Made by a program: the position numbers and the translations under genes. Below are positions 9,995 through 20,602 of a stretch of DNA of 64,000 nt, in pieces. Source of the DNA: a virus (taxonomy: Duplodnaviria; Heunggongvirae; Uroviricota; Caudoviricetes); IMG/VR virus record IMGVR_UViG_2645727811_000003, positions 1-64,000 of that record. One strand, written 5' to 3'. The first letter of the stretch is position 1. Each line of letters starts with the position of its first letter. The notes under the pieces are model-generated. The model made no database searches. It saw only the letters and a program-made list of their open reading frames with translations, and was not told the origin of the DNA.

Positions 9995-10714
9995 TCAGCT
10001 CCCTTTTGTAATGATACTCACATCAACATTTCTTCGACCAAAGTCTCTTGCGATTGATTCTGATTGAACAAGAAGATCGATTCGATTCCCTTTAATATCA
10101 CCTCCTGTATCTATAGCATAAGCCTCAAACGAATCGTTATTATAAGATACCTTCACTAAAGAGTGCAGAGGAATTACAGATGGATCAACTGCAATCACTC
10201 TTTTCCCTTTATAGTAAATTGTATTTGACACGTCATAGCCTGTTTTAGTTGTCCCTATACAGCCAGTATCGCAAAATGGAACATAAGCCGTGGCCTCCAT
10301 TTTAATGGCTTGATTTTGTTCGTGAGGCCTCTTTTGAGTCTTTTGCTTGGGTTTGAAAGAAAGTTCCCTCTTTGTATTTTCTTTTAATTTGCTTTTTTGT
10401 TTATTTTTTTTAACTTCTTCTACTTTAATATGTAAATACTTATCTTGTGCCTTTTCAATAATCTCTTGTCGAGTCTCTAAATGAGGCAGCATCTGCTTTT
10501 CAAACTTAACTTCACGAATGAAGTCTGGTTTTTTATAAAATGGCTCTTTTATTGAAACTTTCTTTTGCTGCTGGATGTGTTCCTCTATCATCTTATAGCC
10601 TAATGTTGATCCCACCCCCAATAGAAAGATTACAGAATAGATCTGCAACTCTTTGTATTTATTATATACTTTTAATTTGTTTGAGTCTATCAGTTTTTTG
10701 AAAATTTCCATCAC
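9995..10714 (-). CDS. 3D-domain cell-wall protein (YorM-like)
   Basis: C-terminal IDTGGDIKGNRIDL... 3D (Asp-Asp-Asp) domain signature; N-terminal membrane anchor. The true start is uncertain, because the recurring promoter motif lies inside the annotated N-terminus. Confidence 0.55.
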   Translation of the reverse strand: MMEIFKKLIDSNKLKVYNKYKELQIYSVIFLLGVGSTLGYKMIEEHIQQQKKVSIKEPFYKKPDFIREVKFEKQMLPHLETRQEIIEKAQDKYLHIKVEEVKKNKQKSKLKENTKRELSFKPKQKTQKRPHEQNQAIKMEATAYVPFCDTGCIGTTKTGYDVSNTIYYKGKRVIAVDPSVIPLHSLVKVSYNNDSFEAYAIDTGGDIKGNRIDLLVQSESIARDFGRRNVDVSIITKGS

Positions 10715-10721
10715 ATCCGTA

Positions 10722-12100
10722 TTATAATTGCTTTCTTTCTGAGGTTAAGATTAAATTTCCTTCCGCGTCTACACCTTCGATTTTACACACCGTATGCTGA
10801 TAGACACTATTCTTATATGTCTTAGGGATAAAATTGTTTCCTCTTCTAAAGCCAGTAAACATTAACAGTGTGCCTCTTGTATACCAGGACTTTTCAACAA
10901 CTTCTTTCTTTCCGTTTATGTTTCGTGAAATTTGTTTATTGTAATGACTGAAGCTCCCAGCCCACTGTTTGACTGTAACAACTCCTGTTGGTGTTAACAA
11001 TGTAATTGTGTGTTTGTTTTTATCTCGATCAAGAGCTGTACCTATAATTCTATGAGTTTCATATTCATAAAGCTCTTTTCCTCTCCACTTGTATGGTCGA
11101 CCTTTTACTGGTTCATCGGGCAGTTTATGAAAATCAACGATGCTGTACTTTGAAAAATTCACATTGCTTAACTCATGATCGTGATAATAATAACTAAGTG
11201 AGTCCATCTCCCATTTTCCATATGAGCCGTTTGCGTACTTTTCCCATTCTTGTCTAAATAGACAATCATTTAGCTTTTTTAAAGGCTCTTGGGTTCCAAT
11301 CCAATTTTTCAATTTCAGCATTTTTCTGTCGTATTCCTTTTTAAATGCCTTTTCAGATATCACAAGATGACCGTTATGTACATCAACTATGCTACTTTCA
11401 TCAAAGTATTCATTATAGAAAGTAGATGCTATATCATCAAGCAGCAATAATTTGTCTTTTGGTGAATCGACCTTTTTAAAAACTCTCTTGCTAATATAAT
11501 CTTTGAAACGAAAGAACCGTATTTCTAATGCAAAGTCCCCTGGAACTAAATCATTTTCAATAAGCATCTTCAAATTGGACATGGTTAGCTTACTTTTAGG
11601 TTCGGAGATTAAAGAAATAAACGATTTCATTAAATCTTTTCTCTCTCCAAATGAATCAAAGCAGCCTCCCTTTATTAATTGAATGACCTGTCCTTTCTTT
11701 ATGATACCGCTATAGTACATCCTTTCTAGAAAATCCTCAAAATCAGTATAAGGTCTATTGCTGATAATTTGATGAACAACCTCGTCGCCGATACCGTTCA
11801 TCCCCTTCATGCCAAAAATAATTGAGTTATTTTCAATATCGGCTTTAAAGCCAAATCCGGCCTTGTTGATATCAGGTAAATCAACTTTAATTCCCCGGCG
11901 TCGTATATTCCCTATTGCTGAAGCAACTTTACCGTAATCTGTTTTTTGTGTCTTCTTCTTTTTGTCTGGGTCAGCAGATTCTTCTTCATTTTCGACTCCT
12001 CCGCTGTTCACAGTTAGACAGGCTGTATTCCAGTATAAAGGGTTATATCGATAGTTTAAGTTCAATTCCTGTAGAGCAATGATTGAATATGCCAAAGTAT
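10722..12100 (-). CDS. DnaE-type DNA polymerase, exon 2 (C-terminal part). The frame continues upstream of the TTG called by the ORF track.
   Basis: 457 aa in frame, contiguous in function with the 860-aa PHP/pol-core ORF, from which it is separated by an ORF-bearing intron. The exact 3' splice site was not determined. Confidence 0.65.
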
Positions 12101-13110
12101 GAAGTAAACTAAAAGAATCTTTTACACCCTCGGTTTCCCGATATTTAAGTAGGGGAATAGACTATATCTTCATCTACGCTTTTTTTGTAGTCTTGCTCAT
12201 AAACCCATTTATAACCCGCAAACGAATTTCTATTTCCTTTACACACCTGAGAAATTGCACCATTGTCTGTTTTATTCAATACTTTATAAGCATCAGTAAT
12301 ACTACTAAAATAGTTTACAAAGTCTCCTTCTATTGTTAATTGTATTACCCCTCTGGAGTAAAACTTTACGCTCTTCGAGATATTGCTGACTTTTCGTTTG
12401 TCATTTGTATATCTCCATTGATAACCACAAGCCTGACTTCCTTCTTTGTTAATCAGTCCATTACAAATTGTTCTTACATCAATGTTAAGTGCTCGTGCTG
12501 CTTCGCTTTCTGACTTATATTCAGCAATTTTTTGTCCTGTTAGTGTATATTGAACTATCGGCTTTGGAATATTAGATAGGCTAGTATCAAAACAATGACG
12601 CATATTCTCTTTCCCTGTTACCCATTCTAAGTTATTTTTGTCATTATTTTGTTTGTCACCATCTTTATGATTAACTTGTAAATTCTTATTTTCTTCGAGG
12701 AAGTACGTTGCAACTAATCTATGTGCATACATATAATATTTCTTACTTTGATGAACAATACAGTATTGAACATATCCACTTTTATTGTTTACTCTCGGCC
12801 TTAAAACCCCCTTTGTTTTCCATGATTTTTTTGTTATGTTTCTGCATCTGCCAGTGTTTGATATTTCATAAACTGTTTCTGTCCCATTTATATAAATTCT
12901 TTTCCATTCTTCCATCTTTATCACCTCCTTAAGCGTAGATGTGTGGCGCTTCGTAAGTAGGGATTTCACCTACTAACTACTCCCAAATGGGATAGTCGTT
13001 ACACCTTCCTAGTAACCTAGGCTTGGCACGGTATTGTCATAGGATTCCTCCCTTAGAGTTCCACCGTTAGCATCCTTAGAAGAGGACACACCCTGCTTTT
13101 ACAGGTTCAC
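12096..13110 (-). ncRNA. Group I intron in the DNA polymerase gene that carries an HNH homing-endonuclease ORF (approximate bounds)
   Basis: Structured GC-rich blocks at 12970..13100 and 12096..12145 flank a free-standing HNH ORF, splitting a polymerase that is a single gene in relatives. Confidence 0.55.
12145..12969 (-). CDS. intron-encoded HNH homing endonuclease (274 aa)
   Basis: HNH motif NHKDGDKQNNDKNNLEWVTGKEN, with repeated NUMOD-like C-terminal DNA-binding modules. Confidence 0.7.
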   Translation of the reverse strand: MKSLLTKRHTSTLKEVIKMEEWKRIYINGTETVYEISNTGRCRNITKKSWKTKGVLRPRVNNKSGYVQYCIVHQSKKYYMYAHRLVATYFLEENKNLQVNHKDGDKQNNDKNNLEWVTGKENMRHCFDTSLSNIPKPIVQYTLTGQKIAEYKSESEAARALNIDVRTICNGLINKEGSQACGYQWRYTNDKRKVSNISKSVKFYSRGVIQLTIEGDFVNYFSSITDAYKVLNKTDNGAISQVCKGNRNSFAGYKWVYEQDYKKSVDEDIVYSPT

Positions 13111-15681
13111 CACATACGGGCTATCATTTAACCCAAACTGTCTTTTAAATTGAACATTCCATACATAATTCAAAAGGTTATCTGACGCTCCAATTTCCTT
13201 CCCCTTTTTGAAGAATAATTTCTGAACCTCTTTTAATACGTCCTCTTTTTTCTTAGCTATGGATTTTCTTAAATAATTCGACTCCTTAATATCGAACCCG
13301 GCTATTTCTCTATCCATTACCATTTGCATGACAACTTCTTGAGTATCAGCAACCCCATAGATATCTTTTAAATGTTTCTCCATTACCTTTATTTCAGCAT
13401 CAGTTAGCCCGTATTTACGCATTTCTTCATACCAAAGAGACAAATTGTTTTTATATTTCACATATGTCTCTACAGGCTGTTCTTCACCATCTGACATGAG
13501 TCTCATTAGAGAGTTTGTAACTGCAGCCTCAAGTAAATTTTTAGGTTTAACTTTTACTACAGATTGATGACCAACCTCCGTAGAAAACTGGAACAAGTCC
13601 ATTATTTCTCCATTCCCGGCCATTTCCCATAACCTTGCATCTTCATACTCAAGCACATCAGGATGAATGTATTTGCTATACGTATCCTTTAAAGAGCCCT
13701 GCCATTGAATTTCTTCGTTTTCGATCAATTGATCAAGAGTTACACGGATCTTATCTAATGCTTCAATCGTAAGAAGGTCGAATTTTACAGATCCCATTGC
13801 TTCACTGTCACCCATATTGAATTGGGTAATATAAGCCCCTTTAGGGGTCTTCATCATTGCATTAGACTTTGTATACTTATCATTAAAAATAATTACTCCA
13901 GCAGCATGTGATGAGCGTTTATTGGTTAGCCCTTCGATTTTTAGAGCAGTTTCTTTGAGATTGGGATAGCGCTCAACTTCCCTAATGAATTCTTTAATTG
14001 GCTTTCTACCTGTTTCCGCGTCTCCATAAAAACAGTGTTTGAGAGGCCAGTTTGATCCCCTTTCAAATGGAATCATTTCACTTAGAAATTGTGATATGTC
14101 ATTATCAATTCCCAATCCCCTACACGCAGTTTGAAGTGCCGATTTAGATCCTTCAGTCCCAAATGTAGCTATCTGCAGAACACGTTTTTCTCCAAATCTT
14201 TCGCGAAGTGCTTTGAGTATCTTTTCTCTTTTTGATCCTTCAGTGTCTATGTCAATATCCGGAAGATCCGGCCTCGATTTGTGGATGTGCCTCCAATGCG
14301 GCAAGTCGTATTGCATTGGATTAATTTGTGTATTATCAAGCAAGTAATTGATTAAGAATCCTGCTGCACTTCCTCTTGCGGCTCCAACTAAACTGTCTCC
14401 ACCACATTCATCATCCCAAATAATATTAATGATTTCCCTTACAGTTACGTAGTAAGATGCCATTGATTGATTTAGCTTTTGACTGATCTCCCATAACTCA
14501 CCCAATTCAACATTAATTCTGGATAGAATTTCATGAAACTCATCTCTTGCTAGATCGTTTTTTAGCAATTTATTTTCAAACCCGTCTTCAATAAGCTTTA
14601 ATAAATATCTGTCTTGATCATCCTTTGACTCCGACATTTTTCTTATGTATTCATACTTATCGTAGGCTGGTTTAAACAAATGCCTCAATTTAAATTCTGG
14701 CAGTTCCATTTTAGGAATAATGGGTTCATGCTCAATCGTATAATCTTCGATCATTTCGCCGATTAAAAGAGTATTTTGAATTGCTTCTTCAACAATCTCT
14801 TTATCGATATAGCTCATTCTTTCATGGATCTCATCTACATTCTGCACAAAACAAGCTTCATAAAATGAGTCGACTTCTCTTTCCCCGTCTTTGGCATTCA
14901 AGAATGCTTGGTGTATTGCTCTGTCTTCGGGTCTTAAATAGTGAGCATCAGTGGTTACTATTCTTTTTAAGCCATAGCCATCCGCTATCTGAACCAACTT
15001 TTTATTACAATAAATCTGCTCCTCACTCAAAGCAGGTTGCAACTCAATAAAAAATTTATCTTTCCCAAATACATCAATACACCAAGTAATGAACTTATGT
15101 ATTTTTAATTTGTATTCTTTAATTAGTTCAGGATCACCACCATCGTTCTTTTCAACTTCCATGATCTTCTGTAAGTAAATATTCACTTCTGATCCTAGAC
15201 ATGCCGTGGTTGCAATAATGTGGCCAGGATCTTTCTTGAGAAGATCTTCAACATCTTTTTTCACTGTAGGTACTCTTTCCATAGTTCCAGTGTAGAAAGA
15301 ATTTTCCCATGCTTTAGATGATAAAACCCTTAGCTGTTCATGTCCTTTTTCATCAACAGCCAACATTAAAAAGTGAGGAAATTTTGTTTTACCAGGCTGG
15401 TAGCTGTCTCTTACTTCTTCTAAAGAATCAACCAGATATGCTTCATTGCCAAGAATAAGTTTAAAATCTTGAGGCATTTCCCCCTCTTTTTTCATACTTC
15501 TGACAGTTTGAATTGCTTCCAGATGTGCTGACAGAACTTCGTGATCCGTTATAGCTAGTCCTTTATAATTCATTTCTAATGCTGTTTCAAGCAACCCTTT
15601 TACTGAATTGGTGGAATCCAGCAGCCTGATGTTACTTTTACACGTATGACAATGACATCCAATCACAGCATTCCCTCCCAT
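13099..15681 (-). CDS. DnaE-type DNA polymerase III alpha-like, exon 1 (PHP domain plus polymerase core)
   Basis: N-terminal PHP motif GCHCHTCKSNIRLLDS...ITDHEVL; 860 aa, large conserved replicative-polymerase core. Confidence 0.75.
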   Translation of the reverse strand: MGGNAVIGCHCHTCKSNIRLLDSTNSVKGLLETALEMNYKGLAITDHEVLSAHLEAIQTVRSMKKEGEMPQDFKLILGNEAYLVDSLEEVRDSYQPGKTKFPHFLMLAVDEKGHEQLRVLSSKAWENSFYTGTMERVPTVKKDVEDLLKKDPGHIIATTACLGSEVNIYLQKIMEVEKNDGGDPELIKEYKLKIHKFITWCIDVFGKDKFFIELQPALSEEQIYCNKKLVQIADGYGLKRIVTTDAHYLRPEDRAIHQAFLNAKDGEREVDSFYEACFVQNVDEIHERMSYIDKEIVEEAIQNTLLIGEMIEDYTIEHEPIIPKMELPEFKLRHLFKPAYDKYEYIRKMSESKDDQDRYLLKLIEDGFENKLLKNDLARDEFHEILSRINVELGELWEISQKLNQSMASYYVTVREIINIIWDDECGGDSLVGAARGSAAGFLINYLLDNTQINPMQYDLPHWRHIHKSRPDLPDIDIDTEGSKREKILKALRERFGEKRVLQIATFGTEGSKSALQTACRGLGIDNDISQFLSEMIPFERGSNWPLKHCFYGDAETGRKPIKEFIREVERYPNLKETALKIEGLTNKRSSHAAGVIIFNDKYTKSNAMMKTPKGAYITQFNMGDSEAMGSVKFDLLTIEALDKIRVTLDQLIENEEIQWQGSLKDTYSKYIHPDVLEYEDARLWEMAGNGEIMDLFQFSTEVGHQSVVKVKPKNLLEAAVTNSLMRLMSDGEEQPVETYVKYKNNLSLWYEEMRKYGLTDAEIKVMEKHLKDIYGVADTQEVVMQMVMDREIAGFDIKESNYLRKSIAKKKEDVLKEVQKLFFKKGKEIGASDNLLNYVWNVQFKRQFGLNDSPYVVNL

Positions 15682-17403
15682 TTAAAAAACAAGTACTTTT
15701 TTCTTTGCTTTCACCACCTCCATCTCTTCGATTTCGATCTGAGGTGTTTCTTTGCCCTTGTATTCATTTACTTTAGCTTTTCCGATTACAGTAAGAACCA
15801 ATCGATCTCCTCTATTAACGAGAGATTCATAGAATTCCTCATCACTTTTAAATTTCATATACTCAATTCCGCCAACCTTGAACTTTACAGTGTTCTTTGT
15901 TTTTTTCCCAATATGACTGATATCTTCTTTATTTATTTCAATATCAGTAATGGCGAGCAACGGTTCCTCAACTTTGTATCCCCAATAGTCTTGGTAACTA
16001 TTGATTAGCTTAATAAACCGTTCAGTGAGGTTGTCCGCAGCAATCTCAAAATCAACTTCATACTCATTTTGATTAATCACAATATCTTTCAATTTGTGAT
16101 TAAGAATTTCATTGACCTGAATTAAATTTTCTGGTGTTATGCTAAATCCAAATGCTTCAGCATGTCCCTCAACAAACTCGAATTTACCTGTTTCCTCTAA
16201 GAGTTGCTTGAAATTTTTAACTGCCCCTTTGTCGTATCCCCTTCCTGATCCCCCTAGAGTTCCATCTTCAAGTTCTCTAGCCAATAAAACTGGCCTTTTG
16301 TATTCACCTGCTAACTGATTCGCAACAAGCCCTGTTAAATTCTTGTTTAAGATACCTTCAACATAAACTATTAAAATCTTATTTTTTAACAGTCCTTTTT
16401 CTTCAATCCGCTCCTCAATTTCCGATACCGCACTGTCAACCAATTTCTTTTGGCGCTGTTTAATATTCCCCAGTACCCTCGCTGTATCCCAATGAATCGA
16501 AACCAGCTCCCTCTCATTTTTCCCGCGTTTTTTGTAATATATCTCTTCATTAGATTCAAGCAGCGATCTCATCATCTGATCTTTCTCTTCTTGTGAGCCT
16601 ATTCGAATGGCTGCATTAATTAACGGGTTGATATAGAACTGTGTGTTCTGTATGTTCTTTTTCCCTTTGGTTGAGTACGCTTGTTTTACGAAGAGCTCTT
16701 TAATCAAAGGATTCCTTACCTTTTTGAGACCTTGATTCATATAGTATCGCGTCTCTGGTTCCCTTGAATCTGCCGAATCCGCAATGTTTCCAACAGACAC
16801 AAGATCTATAAATCGTTTTGCTTCATTTTTCCCGAGTTTATCATCTAGAGCTTGGCAGAGCTTATATGCCATACCCGCGCCAGTCAAAGCTTTATTTTTA
16901 TACTTCGGTGAGAGCTGATTATTTACCACAATTGCGTTTCTAGACTCCTCATCACATTCGTGGTGATCAATTACTATAACATCAATCCCTTTTTGTCTAA
17001 GGACGAAATGCTCTTCAAATTGATTAGAGCCCGCATCGGGAATTAAGACAAGATCAACGCCTTCAGGTATTGTTTCTAGAATTATCCCGTGCTGCTTCCC
17101 TTCATGCATTCTCCATTCAATATTGGCCTCAGGGAACACTCTCTTTATGTAGTTAATAATAATAGAGCTTGAAGTAACTCCATCAACGTCACTGTCTACC
17201 TGAATAAAAATTCTAGCCTTTTTTCTGAGATGCTTTATTAAACATTCTGCTGCTTCATCAATATTAATAAGGTTAGAATAATGATTTACTGCGTCCTCAG
17301 ATAAACTTAAAAAACCTTCTATATCTTCAATTCCTCTGTTCTTAAGTATGGTTTTTAGAGGAGAAAAACAAAAATCATTATTGCCAATTAATTTATATTT
17401 CAA
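15682..17403 (-). CDS. RecJ-like DHH-family single-strand DNA exonuclease
   Basis: DHH motifs DSDVDGVTSS and VIVIDHHE; 573 aa. Confidence 0.75.
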   Translation of the reverse strand: MKYKLIGNNDFCFSPLKTILKNRGIEDIEGFLSLSEDAVNHYSNLINIDEAAECLIKHLRKKARIFIQVDSDVDGVTSSSIIINYIKRVFPEANIEWRMHEGKQHGIILETIPEGVDLVLIPDAGSNQFEEHFVLRQKGIDVIVIDHHECDEESRNAIVVNNQLSPKYKNKALTGAGMAYKLCQALDDKLGKNEAKRFIDLVSVGNIADSADSREPETRYYMNQGLKKVRNPLIKELFVKQAYSTKGKKNIQNTQFYINPLINAAIRIGSQEEKDQMMRSLLESNEEIYYKKRGKNERELVSIHWDTARVLGNIKQRQKKLVDSAVSEIEERIEEKGLLKNKILIVYVEGILNKNLTGLVANQLAGEYKRPVLLARELEDGTLGGSGRGYDKGAVKNFKQLLEETGKFEFVEGHAEAFGFSITPENLIQVNEILNHKLKDIVINQNEYEVDFEIAADNLTERFIKLINSYQDYWGYKVEEPLLAITDIEINKEDISHIGKKTKNTVKFKVGGIEYMKFKSDEEFYESLVNRGDRLVLTVIGKAKVNEYKGKETPQIEIEEMEVVKAKKKVLVF

Positions 17404-17406
17404 AAA

Positions 17407-18540
17407 CTATTCACCTTCTCTTGTTCCAATTTCAATTTTATTACTCATCAACTCCTCAAGAACTTCCTTCCCTTTGTCGGCTGGGCTGTCTTTATAATCA
17501 AGTAACCCTTTTGTATCCCAGAGAACATATACACGCATAAATGGCGTAAATTTTGCTGCTAATTTCAAAATTTTTTCTTCATAATTTTTTAGCTTTTCTT
17601 TGTACTTTTCGTTGCTCTCTCCTTCCTTAATCCCTCTAAATTTATCTAAGGCAATAAACACTTCATCTACATCTAACGAAAGAAGAATGTCTCTATGGAA
17701 ATTTGAAATATTGTTTGAACAAACAGCGCAGGTAAAATTCAAATCTCCATAAAAATCTTGACATTTTAAAACTGATTTTTCCGATTCGAAAATCATTGCT
17801 TTTTTCAAGCGCTTAATTGCTTTTTGTGTTTTATGTAATCCATACAGGTTCATTACTGTTTGATGATTGTACATCGTATTCCCGATGGTTAACGGCATAT
17901 ACTTTCGTCCATTGTCTACGTCTTCTTGGATCATTGAGCGTCTTCTTATGCCAATTAGCCTTCCATAGATATCTCTATGAGGAATTACAATTCCTTCCTC
18001 TCGGTTCCGAAAATAGTACCCGATTTCGAAATCTATAATGGTTTCATGACTAATCCCTTCGTTAAGCCATGCCTCATGGGGATGTTTCATAAAAACATCC
18101 AGGACAGTTTCGCTGTATGCTGGTAGCCTCGTTTCAATTTTTTTGCGTTTTTTAAACTTGGAAATCCAATCCCAATCGTCAACAATATGTTCATTTTTAG
18201 CTGAAGGCGTAAAACCCAGTCCAAAAGTTTTGCCTGACACATTAACCACAAATTCAATCGCTTGTGTAAATGTGAAAGAAATCCCTTGCTGCTTTTTAGC
18301 CCTGATTACCAGCTCATAAATATCAAAAGTGTCTCCACATTCTGTATAACAGTGAAACTGCTGTTTTTCATGGTAGTAATAAAGCTTAAAACTCCCCTTT
18401 GTCTTATTGTGGCAGACTGTTCTGTAGATTGGATTTCCGCTGCTATCTATTTTATATGTCTCACTGCCAAGTTCTTGCAAAATCTTATGTATGTCTTTAA
18501 TCGATAAACTTTCTTTTAATTTATCTTTGTCATATCTCAA
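17407..18540 (-). CDS. DnaG-like DNA primase
   Basis: N-terminal zinc-binding CHNKTKGSF...HCYTECGD followed by a Toprim-like region; 377 aa. Confidence 0.65.
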   Translation of the reverse strand: MRYDKDKLKESLSIKDIHKILQELGSETYKIDSSGNPIYRTVCHNKTKGSFKLYYYHEKQQFHCYTECGDTFDIYELVIRAKKQQGISFTFTQAIEFVVNVSGKTFGLGFTPSAKNEHIVDDWDWISKFKKRKKIETRLPAYSETVLDVFMKHPHEAWLNEGISHETIIDFEIGYYFRNREEGIVIPHRDIYGRLIGIRRRSMIQEDVDNGRKYMPLTIGNTMYNHQTVMNLYGLHKTQKAIKRLKKAMIFESEKSVLKCQDFYGDLNFTCAVCSNNISNFHRDILLSLDVDEVFIALDKFRGIKEGESNEKYKEKLKNYEEKILKLAAKFTPFMRVYVLWDTKGLLDYKDSPADKGKEVLEELMSNKIEIGTREGE

Positions 18541-18556
18541 AGGGCTTTACACCCCA

Positions 18557-20071
18557 CTACCCTGCTTTTATAATTAATTTCTCGATTTGGATTAATTTAT
18601 TGTCCACATCTGTGACAAAGCAATCTTTTATTCTCATAGTACCCATATCAATATGTGAAAAGACTTTGACTTTATCGTGTTCATTCCCTCTGTTTTTAAA
18701 CACATGAGTAACGAAGTTAGGCTCCGGATAGAAGCCAGATTCTAAGATGGCGCCAATAGCATCTTTTTCTTTTTTACTTAATGGCAAAACAATCATTGCA
18801 GCATCAGTTTTATCGGCAATCGCTTTACTCCCTCTTAAATATGTAGCATCAATTTGAAGCCCTCTTAGCCATGCATCTTTCCAATCACCATTTAACTGTG
18901 TTGCGCTCATCATATAGATGTCATACTTGTTGCAAAGTCCCTTAAGCTTATCCGACATAAGCAATAGTATTTGATCTTCTCTTAAATTAATCCCGCTTTT
19001 CTTACTCATTTCAGCAAAAATCGTTACAGAGGAATGAATATAATCAAAATAAACGTATTCGACTTCATTTCTGATTACGTTTTTTTCAATTGTTCTCTCT
19101 ATCTCTTTAATATTGAAATCTGGTAAATGCTCGAACCAAATACGCGACTCTTTTAACACCTCAGCAGCTTTTTTCACACGCGTTTTTTCATCTTCTGTTG
19201 TGGTGTTCCTGAGTATTTTTTTTTCTTCAACTCCACTGACATATGCCAAAGCTAAACTTTGCAGTTCTTCAGAAATCATTTCAGTAGAAATAACTACCGA
19301 CTTTTCTTGAAAATCGTTTTTAACCCATTTATTTTGCTTTAGATCATATAATTCTATTGCGCTAAGCCTGCAAGCATCAGCTACCATATTACGGGTTTTT
19401 CCTCCACCAGTCATACTTGACCTTAAATAAAATTTCTTTTTCCTAGAACCACGAAAAATAGATGTTAACATCTCACTGTTCATAGGTACCCCAATGTCCG
19501 GTGAATCTTCAAGTCGTTTGAGGAGTTCGTCTACTCCCTCCCCACCTTGAATCCCAATGCTTTCAGGGTTTGTGCTAAACTTCTCTTTAATATCAACAAT
19601 TTTCATTTCATAGAAGGAAAGAATGTCTTCAATAGATGTTTTGTCGAATTTCTCTTTCATGACTTCTTGTTCTTTGGGATCAATAATTGACTCATCGTAT
19701 ATTTCATCAATATTAAAGCCTAAGCCGACCATCTCTCTCAAAAGGCTAAATTTTTTCAACCTTGTGTAATAATAATCAAAGTTTTCGACTACAGCTAACT
19801 TTTGAATTTGCTCGACATACTCATGTCCATTGTTTTCATTAAAAATTTTGTATTGTATATCGTAATCTCTAAGATATCCATCAATTTCAATTTCGTTAAT
19901 GACTTCTGTTCCTTGATGAAATAAGTTATACATCGCAAAGAAAAGAATTGAGTGAAAACGTTCAGGGAAATCACTTGCTGTAATTTGGTATTTGTTGCTG
20001 TCCGATAAAAGCGAAGGTTCCTTTAATATGCTGCCCAACACTTGGATAATTGCTTTTTTATCTTGTAGCAA
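18557..20071 (-). CDS. DnaB-like replicative helicase
   Basis: DnaB N-terminal domain plus a RecA-like domain with Walker A SSMTGGGKT; 504 aa. Confidence 0.7.
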   Translation of the reverse strand: MLQDKKAIIQVLGSILKEPSLLSDSNKYQITASDFPERFHSILFFAMYNLFHQGTEVINEIEIDGYLRDYDIQYKIFNENNGHEYVEQIQKLAVVENFDYYYTRLKKFSLLREMVGLGFNIDEIYDESIIDPKEQEVMKEKFDKTSIEDILSFYEMKIVDIKEKFSTNPESIGIQGGEGVDELLKRLEDSPDIGVPMNSEMLTSIFRGSRKKKFYLRSSMTGGGKTRNMVADACRLSAIELYDLKQNKWVKNDFQEKSVVISTEMISEELQSLALAYVSGVEEKKILRNTTTEDEKTRVKKAAEVLKESRIWFEHLPDFNIKEIERTIEKNVIRNEVEYVYFDYIHSSVTIFAEMSKKSGINLREDQILLLMSDKLKGLCNKYDIYMMSATQLNGDWKDAWLRGLQIDATYLRGSKAIADKTDAAMIVLPLSKKEKDAIGAILESGFYPEPNFVTHVFKNRGNEHDKVKVFSHIDMGTMRIKDCFVTDVDNKLIQIEKLIIKAG

Positions 20072-20085
20072 TTGAACTCCCCTTT

Positions 20086-20556
20086 CTACAAAGTGGATAT
20101 ATCAACAATCTTAATATTTTTTCTGTTTTGTTTTTTTATAATAACAATACTTTCTTTTTGTTTATGTTTTTTTGCTTCTTCAACTGATTCTTCAATCGCC
20201 TTTTTCTGAAGATAGTCCGCTTTTGCTTCTTCATAAATGAATGGGACTATTCCCAATCCATCTCCTTCACGGACAGGATTCCCCAGCGTTTCATGAAAAT
20301 ACCTTAAAGTTAATTTTATACCTTTTAATTTGTATTTGTATTCTTCTTGGAATTCTTTAATTTGCTTTAACATCATTCCTGTTGGTGCATCAATCTTATA
20401 CAGTTCACATATGTATTTAATTAACTCTTTCCGGTGTTCTGCTTCCATCTTCCAGGTATTAAAACAATTCTGGTGATAATATCTTTTTTTATAAGGGATT
20501 GCATCATCTTTGTCTAGATAAGTTTCGCAGTATGGACATTTAACTCGACGTGCCAT
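20086..20556 (-). CDS. hypothetical zinc-finger protein (156 aa)
   Basis: CPYCETYL...HQNC motif. Confidence 0.5.
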   Translation of the reverse strand: MARRVKCPYCETYLDKDDAIPYKKRYYHQNCFNTWKMEAEHRKELIKYICELYKIDAPTGMMLKQIKEFQEEYKYKLKGIKLTLRYFHETLGNPVREGDGLGIVPFIYEEAKADYLQKKAIEESVEEAKKHKQKESIVIIKKQNRKNIKIVDISTL

Positions 20557-20602
20557 ATACCCACCTCTTTAAAGTGATGAGGGAGATAAACTCCCTCGCG
20601 CC

